Both the position numbers and the translations under genes were made by a program. The notes below the pieces were generated by a model. That model made no database searches. It was not told the DNA's origin and was given only the letters and a program-made list of their open reading frames with translations. DNA of 62,836 nt, filler included, from Globobulimina sp. (lineage: Eukaryota), in the NCBI GenBank assembly GCA_003354225.1. It is 46 parts of 46 records of this genome, joined end to end, with 100 filler letters (N's around TTAATTAATTAA, not from the genome) between each part and the next. Parts side by side here need not be neighbours in the genome. Positions count along the whole stretch, not along the records: positions 21,905 to 23,173 come from PIVH01019767.1; positions 23,274 to 24,542 come from PIVH01019768.1; positions 24,643 to 25,911 come from PIVH01019769.1; positions 26,012 to 27,280 come from PIVH01019770.1; positions 27,381 to 28,649 come from PIVH01019771.1; positions 28,750 to 30,017 come from PIVH01019772.1; positions 30,118 to 31,385 come from PIVH01019773.1; positions 31,486 to 32,753 come from PIVH01019774.1; 38 more parts are not named here. The stretch is one strand, 5' to 3'. Positions 21,905 to 34,576 of the stretch are shown one piece after another; position 1 is the stretch's first letter, and every line of letters begins with the position of its first letter.

Positions 21905-22268
21905 TATTCATATCATCCATAATTGATTGATTATTAACTAACATAAACCCATTCTTATGAAATGAACTTAAATCATTACTAATATCTTTTCTACCGTCAT
22001 TCATTTTTGTTGTTCCATATTGTATGGCTAACAACCCAATTATTATATTATAAACTGATTCATAAATGTCATAAAATGATGGTTCATAAATCTCCCATGG
22101 AGATACATTTGTAGTTTCAATATTCCAATTTCTTGCCCTTTCACTCACAATTCCAGGCAAAAATCCCCAAACATAACTTGAACCATTGAAGAACCTGTCC
22201 AAATAAATCAATAAACCAATGCCTACCAACACAATCAAAAAGGAAGATACAAGATTATGTGATTTCAT
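21905..22268 (-). CDS. Hypothetical membrane-anchored protein, 3'-partial
   Basis: MKSHNLVSSFLIVLVGIGLLIYL signal-anchor start, open to the contig edge. Confidence 0.4.
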
Positions 22269-22339
22269 TTGGTTTTCTGTTTCCGCTCGATCAGATAATG
22301 AAATACACAAAATTTGTGATTGAGTAGTCTTTTGAAGCA

Positions 22340-23173
22340 CAGAACAATATATGTTGCGCGCATTGAAATTGATGAAACCGCATCGGTCATTAATACTGAT
22401 CGCATTGTTATGTTTGGCCATAACGTCGGGCTCGAAATTGTTTTTACCCAATTTCCAGGGTAAAATATTAGATGCAATTACAAATTCGAATCGTGACTCA
22501 TTTGGTTGCTATGTGCGATCGTAACTCATTTGGTTGCAATTACAAATTCGAATCGTGACTCATTTGGTTGCTAAGTGTTGTTGTCGCCATTTTTGGTTCA
22601 ATAAAGAAAATATGTTTTTCCTTTGTGGTGCAAAGATTTACGGTGTCAGTCCGTTCGCTGTTATTTGCCAATATCATGCGGCAAGATATTGAATTTTTCG
22701 ATGCGATTTCAACGGGCGAATTGATTTAATTTCACGAATGACAAATGATAGCAGCGATATGTTGGCACCAATTCGCAATTTGCTAGAAACGACATTGTCA
22801 AATGTTATCTTGTTATGTGGCGGCATTGTAATGATAGTTGTGATCTCGTGGAGGTTATCCATGTTGGCATTTACTTGCATTGCGCCCATTATATTTTTGA
22901 CACAGCAGTATGCGAAATGGGGCAGAAACATTAATAGATCGATTCGCTCTGCCTTTGGGACGGCCACTTCGTGCGCAACGCAGGCATTTAGCAACATTTC
23001 TACTGTCAAAGCATTCGCCAAGGAAAGCAAAGAAAGGAAGCATTTTGAGAATGCATTGCAAGAGATATTGGAGCGAGGTTTAATAAATGCATTTTTGTGG
23101 GCGACAGCACGAGGCATCACAAGTTATTTGGATTTATTTGCTGGAATATTGATATTGTATTTTGGTGGAATGG
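22340..23173 (+). pseudogene. ABCB/TAP-like ABC transporter TM domain, disrupted
   Basis: LFLPNFQGKILDAI, LFANIMRQDIEFFDAISTGELI/SRMTND, SWRLSML and AFSNISTVKAFAKE. Disrupted by an in-frame stop near 22522, a 39-bp duplication (22473-22511 / 22535-22573) and a small frameshifting insertion near 22725. Confidence 0.8.
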
Positions 23174-23354
23174 NNNNNNNNNNNNNNNNNNNNNNNNNNN
23201 NNNNNNNNNNNNNNNNNTTAATTAATTAANNNNNNNNNNNNNNNNNNNNNNNNNNNNNNNNNNNNNNNNNNNNAATGCATTTTTTTGTTTTACATAATAT
23301 ACAGATCCTGAAACAAATAGCACTTTAGTACGTTGGTCGAATTATTGCGATAAT

Positions 23355-24495
23355 ATGGCATCGAAAGTGGTTGGATTAGATGGTTGTGGGCGTATTATTA
23401 ATGAAGCAAATATATGGAATTTAATGGAAGATGTGAATGGATTTAATGTATGGCATCGGGATAATATTGCTATGGAATATTTTGCATATATTGCTGGTGA
23501 TAATGGCTTAAAGCCAGTATGGATTCGTAAATCTATTGATTTGATTAAGCGATTTTGCAATAATAAGAGGCGAGAATATGGAAATATGCATTTAGACGCT
23601 CGCCGAGTGTCGAAAAATATTGGTTATAGCGGTGGGCGCGGCGCAAATAATTATAGCGAAGGAGGAAGAGGTAGAGGTGGCGGAGGAGGAAGAGGTAGAG
23701 GTGGCGGAGGTCGCGGAGGTCGCGGAGGTGGCGTAGGTGACGGAGGTGGCGGAGGTGGCGTACGTGGCGGACGTAGATCTGGTGGAAGAGGAAGGGGTGG
23801 GCGCCGAGACAAAGGTGTTCCGAGAGCCGCGCGTAAAAATTATATAACGGCTGAAGCTATAAACGGGATGGATCGGTCCTGTTTAGTTATGACAAGAGCT
23901 GGAAGGTATTTATTGGGAGCTGCAGCAATTTGCGATGGTTTTGGCAGTTTGGAGGATGTTGAAGATTATACAATTGATGAATTTGCAACGCATGCATTTA
24001 TTAATAGATATGGACAGAAACGGTTTGGAAGGAGAGTGTGGGGCGGCGGTAAATCTGGGAGAGTTAGTCCCAGTAAAAATGTATGTATATATGTAATATT
24101 TACTGTATAAATTTGTTGTTTTTTGTGTTTAGTGGGCAAGGTTTCTATCAATCGGAGCAACGCGTGTTTTTAGGGATGAATTTGGTGCTGTTAAAGATCA
24201 TATTATTGGTTTATTGGATGAGAAAGATAAATTGTGGGGGAATAGATTGGTTATGGGGACATGGGATAGTTTTGCATCTGACGGAGATGTGGAGAGTGGA
24301 GATGATGACTTAGGGGCATGGCATGAGGATTTAGGAGATTTAGGGCATGGAGATTTAGGAGATTTGGGTTTAGGACATGGTGTGATAATGGGTGGACATG
24401 GCGATTTAGGACAAGAATATTTTGATTATGGTGCACATAGAGGGCAGTCACAATATGTCCAGCAACTAAGAAATCATCCATTTAATTCACAATAA
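23355..24495 (+). CDS. Hypothetical protein with long RGG/Gly tract; intron 24081-24132
   Basis: A 52-nt GT-AG intron joins ORF 23355 in frame to ORF 24214-24495 (KN|WARFL...). C-terminal GDLG repeats. Confidence 0.6.
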
Positions 24496-24642
24496 CTTGT
24501 ACAATAAATATATATATATACATGTATTATAATTTATATACTNNNNNNNNNNNNNNNNNNNNNNNNNNNNNNNNNNNNNNNNNNNNTTAATTAATTAANN
24601 NNNNNNNNNNNNNNNNNNNNNNNNNNNNNNNNNNNNNNNNNN

Positions 24643-25911
24643 ACATTGGATGTGTTATTTATAATATCCATCATTTTTCTCAATTTATGTATGTATGTTT
24701 TAGGATATTCGTTTTGCAAAATTGTTATAATATCAATTATTGAAAGTACATAAAATTCACAGTATGTTTTACAAATAACAGTGGTTTTTCTTTTTGGTGA
24801 AATTAATGCATCCTCACCAAAAACGTCACCTTTTTTGTATATGCAAAAACAGCAAAAAATGATACAAAAAATTGATACAAAAAATCCAGACATACCTCTT
24901 TTTAATATTTTGTTTTTGTTCTGATTATGGTACTTAATCGTTGATACTCCCGTTCTTTGTATATACATTTCTTTTGATCGACAACCTTTATGATATAATG
25001 TATGATTTTCATTGCATGAAATTGATTTTATTTTTAATGAGATTTGGCCCAATATTGAATCGCTTAATCCCTTAAAGGTTCAACGTTAACACATAAATAA
25101 CACATAATCATAACTTCACTGAATGTATACATGTACTGTAATAATTGTATAACGTTTCCAAAAGTAAATGAATTTACGATTATGTGTTAAATTAACTTTA
25201 AATATATCAATTTGTCCCACAATCCGCTCTGATAAATGGTAATTTATTTGTAATTGCAAATGTAAGGGTAGATTGCTTATAATCTCATCCTCATCAAAGA
25301 CAAAATTATATTTACAATGATATCGTGTATGTGTAAGAATTGCTCGCGCCATTTCTTTTGGTAATCTTTTTTGATCACAAAAATGTTGTGCTTCCTCCAA
25401 TTTCTCTAATTTATATGACTTAACTTTATCGCCTTCGGTGATTAATACAGTTAATGTACCAATAAAATAGGAAAAAAAACATGTTCCAATCAGTATCAAA
25501 ATGGAACATATCCATTGTTCCAACGTATTGGTTGCTGTTATATCGCCATAGCCTGTGATATATATTACAGTGTTGTTTTAATGAATATTGATAAATTTGA
25601 TGCCAATTTTAATTAACAAACCTGTAGTAAACAAAGTGACAACCTGTATACAAAAAGAATATGTTCAGAAATTTATATTTTATATTAAACACTGTACACT
25701 TTACTTAACTGCCCAATACCATGAATATGAATATAATTCAAAAGCGGAATGGTTGGAATGTCGAAGTCCTTGATGGTCGAGCCAGGTTTTATTGTTTCCG
25801 CTGTGGCCAACATTATGATATCCAGCGAAATGCCACAAACATGCAGCAAAATGAGCGAACAACAACATGAATAATAACAATTTCAATAACTTTACAAACG
25901 ATTTAGCATCG
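24643..25911 (-). CDS. Cyclic-nucleotide-binding-domain K+ channel (KCNH/CNG-like), partial, multi-exon
   Basis: AHFAACLW, YSWYWA|VVTLFTTG|YGDITA pore, C-linker LPLHLQLQI, and CNBD GDVFGE...RKTTVIC. Confidence 0.92.
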
Positions 25912-26011
25912 NNNNNNNNNNNNNNNNNNNNNNNNNNNNNNNNNNNNNNNNNNNNTTAATTAATTAANNNNNNNNNNNNNNNNNNNNNNNNNNNNNNNNN
26001 NNNNNNNNNNN

Positions 26012-27280
26012 TTGTGAAGGTGGTGATGGTGGCGACGATGACGAACATGAATATTGTCGCAATGATGGCGCGAGTGGTGATGGACGATTGATGATGGAAG
26101 GTGTGTAATGGATGGAATGGTCGGAATGTGAGGAATGGTTGCGATGTTTGAATGATTTACTTTCGTGTTTGATGGAATTGCAATCTTTCATTAATTCTTT
26201 CAACATTTTCTCTAATTTGCTCATTTTGTTTAAGGATTGGTCGATGTGGTTTTTCTGCTGCATGTTCGTGCAATGTTGCTCCAGTTTGCTGAAGGCCGAT
26301 TTCATAGATTTGATCACTGCAAAATGTTCCTTAACGCGCTCATTGTTCCATAAATAGGGCGAGATTATGGCTATGCATTCAAGGGGGGAGGAGATGGAAA
26401 ATATGTTTGAGTCTGAAATACCGCAACAATTCTTCCAATATCGCATCAATTCGCAGACTTCGTTTTTGTTGTTGTTTTTGCGGTGTCTACGCGATGGCGA
26501 TTCGTGTTGACTGGGCTTGCTTCGATTGTGCTTACTGCGATTCAGCTTACTACGATTTATGTTGCTTCGATTGTGCTTACTTCGGCTGTCTCGATGATGC
26601 TTGCTTTGATCGAGTCGCTGCTCCATGTCATGCTTACTACGGTTACTATGGTTACTATGGTTGCTATGGTTGCTGATTCTGCTTAATTCGAAATTGGCTG
26701 ATTCCGCAAAGGATGGATGACTGCTGTTGTGACTCTCAAAACTAGTTTGCTAGAAAGCAATATATAACGTAAGATGTTACTAAGTCATAATATATATTGG
26801 CATACCGAGAAATTGGCAGATTGGGTGACATTGGAGTACTTTTGCACAACTTTTAAATGTGCGAATTCTCGCATGTCGTCCTCTTTTGTGTCAATCGATG
26901 AGTCGCTTTGTCGCTCATCAAAATCGTAGTTTTTCTTCTTTTTCTTAGTTCGAGCTAACTGCAGATGCAATTCGTTGGCATTTTGCTTCAATTTATCTTC
27001 TAAATTGCCAATCACTTCGTTTTTGCATCCAATCTCATGCTGCAATTTTTCCTTTTGCTGCTCCATTTTTTCGCGATATTTTTTCAGATCATTCTCCATT
27101 TCGAACGATTTGGTTTTTAAGATCGCCTTTTCTTTTTTTAGTTTCTTGCATTGTTCATTCAAATCGTTTCTTTGCGTTTGAATCAGCTTCTTCTTCTCAG
27201 ACAATTTGATCTTCTCTTGACTTAATAACATTTCTTTTTGCGACAATTCGCTCAAATCATTGTGTATTTTATCCCGTTGC
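26012..27280 (-). CDS. Coiled-coil / low-complexity protein, partial, probably two exons
   Basis: Heptad-rich ORF 26785-27255 and downstream ORF with RSK(H/L)N pentapeptide repeats (15-bp tandem units about 26515-26590). Confidence 0.5.
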
Positions 27281-27380
27281 NNNNNNNNNNNNNNNNNNNN
27301 NNNNNNNNNNNNNNNNNNNNNNNNTTAATTAATTAANNNNNNNNNNNNNNNNNNNNNNNNNNNNNNNNNNNNNNNNNNNN

Positions 27381-28649
27381 GATTGTATTCGTTGGACCGG
27401 TTCGTGGTCCATATTTCAATTATTTTATACGTTTCAGCCCTTAATTTTAATCCAATATTTATCAAAAACGTTACATAATTATTACGACACACAAATTCTA
27501 TCAAATAAAGACAAATTAAACAAATGGAAATCGTTACGCAGCGGTTTGACCTTCGAAATTAAACAAAATCAAAATGGAAAAAACAACAAAAACTTAAAAC
27601 ATATGAAAGAATGCTTAGACCATTTGGATTATTTAATTAATTTGCATGAAAGTGATGAATTTGACCTCAATGACATTGATATCAAAGAATTAAATGACTT
27701 TTCATTAAATACACCCAACTCTCCATTGGCTCCGTCCTTCGATCGATATAGAAATAACGCATCGTATTATTCGTTATTTCAACAATCAAATGATTTATCA
27801 CCAAACACAAAAAAATCAAATAATTTTGCTGTATTTTATAATGCAATATTTGACGGTAGCTCGTGGTTAATCTTTATCGTATTTTTAATCATATGTTTTT
27901 GTGTGGGAATATTCTTTTTAATCTTAAAATTATCGCTATTTAGCTTCATTGTGACATTACCGCTCAATGAATGGCATTGGTACTATCATTGGTTACCATT
28001 CGTGTTGTTTATGAATCAAATATGGAATATGATCGATGTCGATTCAATCAAACTGTCCACCATTTATCGTTTCTTGTTCATTGACTCGTCGGTCCAATGC
28101 AGCAAATACGTCTCGCAGAGGGTGTCCATGTTAGACAATGTAATCAAGGAACAATTATGGAATTCGTTCGATTATCGCGGCTTTTTATTAGCGTTATCGT
28201 TGAATGACGAAATTGTACAACAGATTATTGTGAATAAGTCGTATGATTTGACCACGATGGAACTGATTAAATATAAGAAGCTCATTAGTGACAATCATGG
28301 CGGCAATAAAAAAGAGGAGTTGCGGGTGACGAATATATTTAAAAACCGCGCAAATTGGTTTGAAATGAAGTACGAAATCCAACCGTATCATCCTTACGTA
28401 TTAATCCGCGAAAATATGGACCGATATTACAATAAATTGGACGCAATGAATAAGAAGATATTAATCTCAGTGACACATCTCAAAGATATGGATAATTATC
28501 ACGAATATAAATTAGCTGTAAAAACGTTTGGAAAAGACGGCGAAAACGCTTTGGAGAAAGCTCTCTGCGACGATGGTGATATCGTGTCATTGTCGAAAAC
28601 ATTGCCTTCGATTCGAAAATTTCTACAATTTCGAAATCAGCAGAAAAGA
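27381..28649 (+). CDS. Hypothetical membrane protein, partial
   Basis: Frame open across the whole contig, with two to three hydrophobic segments. Confidence 0.6.
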
Positions 28650-28888
28650 NNNNNNNNNNNNNNNNNNNNNNNNNNNNNNNNNNNNNNNNNNNNTTAATTA
28701 ATTAANNNNNNNNNNNNNNNNNNNNNNNNNNNNNNNNNNNNNNNNNNNNAGTTTGGGTTAATTAATGGTTTTTTTTCTTCTTCCTTAAAACTTTAAGAAA
28801 TAAATTTTTTCATTACTCCGCTAAGTATAAGTATTTTCAATTGATAAATTGAAAAAAAAACACATATATCCTGCCTGGCACAACAGAA

Positions 28889-30017
28889 ATGGCAGAATAT
28901 AAGAAATCAAACACAGAACAAGAATGTAAACGCAACCGTCCCGAATTGGATGGTGTGCCCGATTTATCCCAACTGGTATACTTAGATATGCCCAATGTAC
29001 TACACAATTTGAAGCATCGTTATTGCAAAATGCAAACCAAATTCTGTTATACCTCCATCTCCTCCATATTACTCGCCATAAACCCATACGAAACCCTCCC
29101 CATTTACGGGCAAGATGTGATCAACGAGTTCCACTCCGCAGCCTTAAAAGGCAGACAAGTGCAGGACAGACCTCATCCATACGGTGTCAGTGCGCGTGCA
29201 TACATGCGTATGGTACAAAGGAAATGCAATCAGTCCGTCATAGTGTGCGGCGAATCCGGTGCTGGCAAAGTTACGTATAAAAAATATACAATATAGAAAA
29301 TTTGCACATGCGATTTTGCGTACAAAACAACATTAGACTGAAACAACAAAATTATTGATGCGTTATCTCGCAATGACTGCGCCAATATCGGCCAACAAAC
29401 CCAGTACGGCGGGCCCTGGCACCTCCATCGAAGAGCAAATCATCGCCGCTTCGCCCATATTGGAAGCATATGGCAACGCAAAAACGGTAATGAATAACAA
29501 CAGCTCTCGTTTTGGCAAATTCACCAAATTGTTATACAACGTCCCTGCTAATACACAACGGGGAAATATTTTGGGCTCCTCATTGGAGACGTATTTATTA
29601 GAAAAATCGCGTGTGGTGTTCCAGGCTCTAAACGAGCGGAATTATCATGTTTTTTATTTTTTGCATCGTGGATTGGGCGACAAAAATCAGCGGGAATATG
29701 GATTGCAAAGCGTGCAAAGTTTCAATTATACCAACCAAGGACAATGTTTTTCGGCCATGAAAGATGTGGCTCGCTTTGCGGAGTTGCAGCAATCTTTGGC
29801 CATGTTCAGAATCGACAGCAATGTACAGGACATATTATGGAAATTGACGTTGGGAGTGCTGAACATTGGAAATATCAATTTCCGTCGCTCTGGCGACGGT
29901 TTTTCAGATATTGACAAGAAATCGATGAAATATGTGTCGATTGTGAGCGAGTTGTGGGGTTTGAATGCGTCCGAATTGGAGAAGGGATTAACGACGAAGT
30001 CGTTGAAAGTGGGCAAT
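28889..30017 (+). CDS. Myosin motor domain, 3'-partial; intron 29270-29336
   Basis: LAINPY, PHPY, P-loop GESGAGK|TETTK, LEAYGNAKTVMNNNSSRFGKF, YLLEKSRVV and ERNYHVFY. Confidence 0.97.
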
Positions 30018-30118
30018 NNNNNNNNNNNNNNNNNNNNNNNNNNNNNNNNNNNNNNNNNNNNTTAATTAATTAANNNNNNNNNNNNNNNNNNNNNNNNNNN
30101 NNNNNNNNNNNNNNNNNT

Positions 30119-30319
30119 GGTATCCCTGTTGGTTGGTATGTGAGTGATGTGCAGTGGAATAAAATAAAATGGATAAGCAAGAAATGGTATATTTGTAAGG
30201 GTTGTAAGACCACTCATTACTGTTCAAGGCATTGCCAAAAGTATGGTTGGAGCAGAGGTGGACATAAAACACAATGTCAGCAACTGCAGAAACTAATTGT
30301 CCAATTTATCAACAAATAA
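30119..30319 (+). CDS. C-terminal MYND zinc finger fragment
   Basis: Manual translation ...KWYICKGCKTTHYCSRHCQKYGWSRGGHKTQC...*; not in the ORF track because it has no start. Confidence 0.8.
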   Translation, partial: GIPVGWYVSDVQWNKIKWISKKWYICKGCKTTHYCSRHCQKYGWSRGGHKTQCQQLQKLIVQFINK

Positions 30320-30585
30320 TAAATTAAATTGTGTAGTTGTGTTACACCTCATGGCTCGTTTTTTTGTTTTATGTTCACTGATACTGATTTCTTCCGTCGA
30401 TCTTTTACTTTCTTAGTTCTTACTGATACGACTTTCGATTTGCACAAGAAAAATCCAACAAACAATGGTATCAAAAATAGCAAAAAAAACGTTATTCGCA
30501 TCAAAAAAATGAAAACGTTAGCAAACAAAAAATGGAGACAAAACAAATATATGTCCTCGCACTGAACAAACAAAAAAATATTATT

Positions 30586-31385
30586 TTATACATTGTTAAG
30601 GATATCCTTTAATTTATATCCCCATGCTTTTGGTAGTGGATGAGCCTCGGTATTAAATACAAATTGATCAAAAGGTAACGGATTATCTGGTTCGTTCCGC
30701 ATAAATGTAAGGTATAAATACTTTAAACTTTCAGCAAAGAAGTATGAAGCCAAAGAATTTGACCTAGTTTTTATTAAAATATTACTTAGACCGCTATAGC
30801 CCGCACAATCAGTTCCATTACATCTGCAATATTGTATCAAATCATTTAAATATACTAAGGCTCGATCATAATACATTTCATCATTCGTAATCTGATATAA
30901 ATAATAATTACTTTCAAAGTTCTCTGGATTTAAATCATATTCATATCCTAAATCACTGCCTGTTGTAAATTCAAATTGCGATGGTTCGATATTAACGCCA
31001 TTATTCCGCCACATATACCAATTTGCGTCTTGATTTAATTTGGCTAATTCCAAATTATATTGGTTGTTTTCATCTGTTTTATCGATTGTTGCCGATACTG
31101 ACAGCACCCCCGAATAAAATGGCGCGTACAAATCATACTGATTCCAATCGTATGTATGTGTACCTTTAAACATATCGATACGTTGGAAAAATAACACAGT
31201 GGTTTCATTATCATACGTATCATTTTTATAATACGATAACTGATCAATAATGCTGGAATTTATTACATTTAACCATCTGTCTTTGCATATTGACTCATTA
31301 AACAATGCCCAACATTTCACGATATATTCATAATAGCTGTCAATACCTCCATCAATATGCGCTGATGTTGAATAAAATAAATCTG
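30586..31385 (-). CDS. GH47 alpha-1,2-mannosidase family, C-terminal part
   Basis: GGIDSYYEY, PENFESNYYLY, SYFFAESLKYLYL and FNTEAHP. Confidence 0.9.
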
Positions 31386-31485
31386 NNNNNNNNNNNNNNN
31401 NNNNNNNNNNNNNNNNNNNNNNNNNNNNNTTAATTAATTAANNNNNNNNNNNNNNNNNNNNNNNNNNNNNNNNNNNNNNNNNNNN

Positions 31486-32337
31486 TCTATTTTTATTTTT
31501 ATTGTTATTGTTTTTATTAAACAGTGTCCATTTTAGTAATGATTCCCAGATTTCATGTTCTTTTGCAGCTAAATTATCGGAATTAATTAATATTAAAATT
31601 GTGTCGTAATTTAAATCTTTAAAATTCTCGTTTTCCACAAATTGCGGTGATTTATATTGCAAAATATGCGGCGGTTCTTGATTATTAATTATTTGATTCA
31701 TATATAATTTGGATTGGATTTGAAATTCCGATGATTCCAATTTATTTAATATAAAATACCACTCGTCAATGTTTGTTGTGTCGCGGATAAAATTAATACA
31801 TTTTAAAACTAATGGTTCAATTAAATATTTTTGTGCGGCAAATAATACATCGACAACAATTCCGGAGGTTAATTTCTCCGAAATGTTATAAAATGAATTT
31901 CGTAAATATTTGAATGTTTCAATGGTAACATCGACCAAAATAACATGATTATCTGGATCGGATTCCATCATTGATCCGTATAACATTTGTCGAAATACAA
32001 TTGATTGCGATGCGAATAACGCACGAATGCCGTATAATTCCTCATTCTCTACAATAAATACAACGTCATTTAAATTTTCATCATTCACCAAATTACGAAT
32101 GTTATTCAGCACTGAGTGTTCATACGTTTCTGCAGCTCCATGTTCGTTACTGTTTATTGTTGATGATTTTCTACGTTTCGCATCTGGTGAGTCAACAATA
32201 TCTTCTTCTATGGATCTTCTTCGCTTTGAACCTGGAGATTTATCCATTTCAGTTGGAGTCTGCGACATAGCACCTCGACTGTAAAACAGTTTAAGTAAGT
32301 TGAGCCACTGTTTTTTTATCACGTTGCATACCATCAT
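31486..32337 (-). CDS. BTB/POZ-BACK domain protein, 3'-partial
   Basis: DVVFIV...RALFASQSIVFRQMLYGSMMES, AAQKYLIEPL..KC and SDNLAAKEHEIWESLLKW. Confidence 0.9.
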
Positions 32338-32449
32338 TATTTTCGCGATAGCAACTGTACGTTTCTAAATTACAAACTACATTTAAACTATAAATCACAG
32401 TACAATCTAATTATTTAATCAATTTTATTTACATTTCCAAGACAAACAT

Positions 32450-32753
32450 TCATATAAAAGTGATTTCATCATTCTCATTATGCAACAAATAATGTTGTTG
32501 ATTGCTCACAGTGCCCTTATCATCACATTCAACAGAAAACGATCTCCGATCCAAAATCGATCCAGATGGTAAATTACTTAACAAATCTTTCAATCGTTGT
32601 TTATCCACAGATCTCTTTTGAATATGTCGCAATTTCAAATTATCCCAATACGAGCCGTCCGTTACGCCCGATAACACCGACGCCGCTGCATAGCTATCAT
32701 TTGTTTTCATAAATTGTGTATTTGTTTGTCTATGATGCACCACCGAGGCCGAG
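32450..32753 (-). CDS. C-terminal fragment of hypothetical protein
   Basis: ORF open from the contig edge to a stop, no motif. Confidence 0.35.
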
Positions 32754-32853
32754 NNNNNNNNNNNNNNNNNNNNNNNNNNNNNNNNNNNNNNNNNNNNTTA
32801 ATTAATTAANNNNNNNNNNNNNNNNNNNNNNNNNNNNNNNNNNNNNNNNNNNN

Positions 32854-33800
32854 AAATCCAGCGGTTCGAATCTGCAGTATCCTCTATTATAAAATAAATA
32901 CGTATTCACTGTGGAGTCACGTTTCCGATTCATCAGTAACTTCATAATAAATGTTTGAATGGTTTGCAATTCTTTCAACTCTTTCATCTCATTCACGAAT
33001 TTTATCGCATCCGCCACTTTTTTAAATAAGTCAACCAATTCAAGTGTCGCAGTCTCTTTGTGTTCCTGTAATATATCAGCAAAATCCTGAGCCACTTTGG
33101 ATGAAAATTTCCCCGTAATGTCCGTTTTGGTGCGTAATGTCATATATGTTGAACGCGAACGGCTGCTTCCTTCCGACAGTACGGACTCAATGTCGTCCCA
33201 GACAACATCCTCTATATCGACCTGAAGGTCTTCCTGGTCAAATAAGTGAATAAATTGCGATTTCTTGCGAATTATATACGACAATACAAAGAAATTATTC
33301 TTCTGCGCGCCGCTATATTCTTCATGTTGGTAATTTGTTGGCGGTGGAATTAGAAATTTCGATGTGTTCCAGACTGCATTTATAATCTCATGCTCTTCGT
33401 CCATTTGAGCGTATTTATTTGGCGGTTTGTAGCCAAATATTTGATCGTAAGCTCGTTGTTTATCTTTGGAATCTTTAGTATATTCATCACGCGATCTGCG
33501 GTCCACAATAATCACGACTCTGTCATTCTGATTGTCTGCGTTCTGTTTCATTTCATTGGAGCATTTGGTCAGAATGAGCTCCAATGTTTGATTGATTGAT
33601 AAAATATCCGTTGGGTTACAAGTGCTGTGCTGAAAGGCTTGGCCGAGGCTCTTAAATCTTTCAAATATATTATCAATGGATACTTGTTGGTCGCTGTCGG
33701 CGTCATTGTCTGTGCTGTTTGGGATGATTACTAAATCAATTTGCAACGGAATCGCAATATTACCAGATTGCATATAGGATTTGACCACTTTGCTGCAGCA
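32854..33800 (-). CDS. Hypothetical protein exon, partial
   Basis: Open frame of more than 300 codons with globular composition. No motif recognised. Confidence 0.5.
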
Positions 33801-34576
33801 CCATATGTAGACCCAGAAAATAAATATATTATCATTTATTTTGCTCATATTTTTAAGGGTCAACGGGGCACAAATTTGTTGGCCAACTGCGTACACAAAA
33901 CATTGTCAATCATAATCATATGAAATTAGACATTCTTAACAGTTTTGGAATGCCGCTTGGAAGAATTGAACGTCTTTATTTTTAGCGCTGACCAAGGACC
34001 AATAAAATGCATTGCTGCTCAGAAATCGAAAGAAAATGTCATTATAATCGTCGAGTGCCTGTTTATGTAACTCTTTGATTGCGTCATTGTGATGGGAGTA
34101 CCTCATCACTCTCCCATTAATNNNNNNNNNNNNNNNNNNNNNNNNNNNNNNNNNNNNNNNNNNNNTTAATTAATTAANNNNNNNNNNNNNNNNNNNNNNN
34201 NNNNNNNNNNNNNNNNNNNNNCTACTACTATTATTACAAAACACTTCGATAGATATTTTCCAAGATGTCAAGAAATTGGCAATTAAGAGCAGAACATGTA
34301 CTGATAAAAATTCAAAACTGTAGCCAGTAAAAAAAAGGAGCCGACACAATTTAAAATTCCCATCAATGAATATTAGACAGAGAGAGTAAAAATTCGTAAT
34401 AAGATTTATTAAACAAGGAAAACACACTAAAACATCAACAACAAAAAAAAAATACATAAACATAAAAAAAAATAAAAACATCTAAAAACAAAAACATCTA
34501 AAAAAAAAAGAAAATACTGTACTAATAATTAAAATTTAATTATTTTTTTTTATGTGATTTTGTTAAACAATTTTAT

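Noticed and set aside
32861..32876. T-arm-like GCGGTTCGAATCTGC
   Set aside because: Lies inside an opposite-strand open frame at a contig edge and is probably coincidental.
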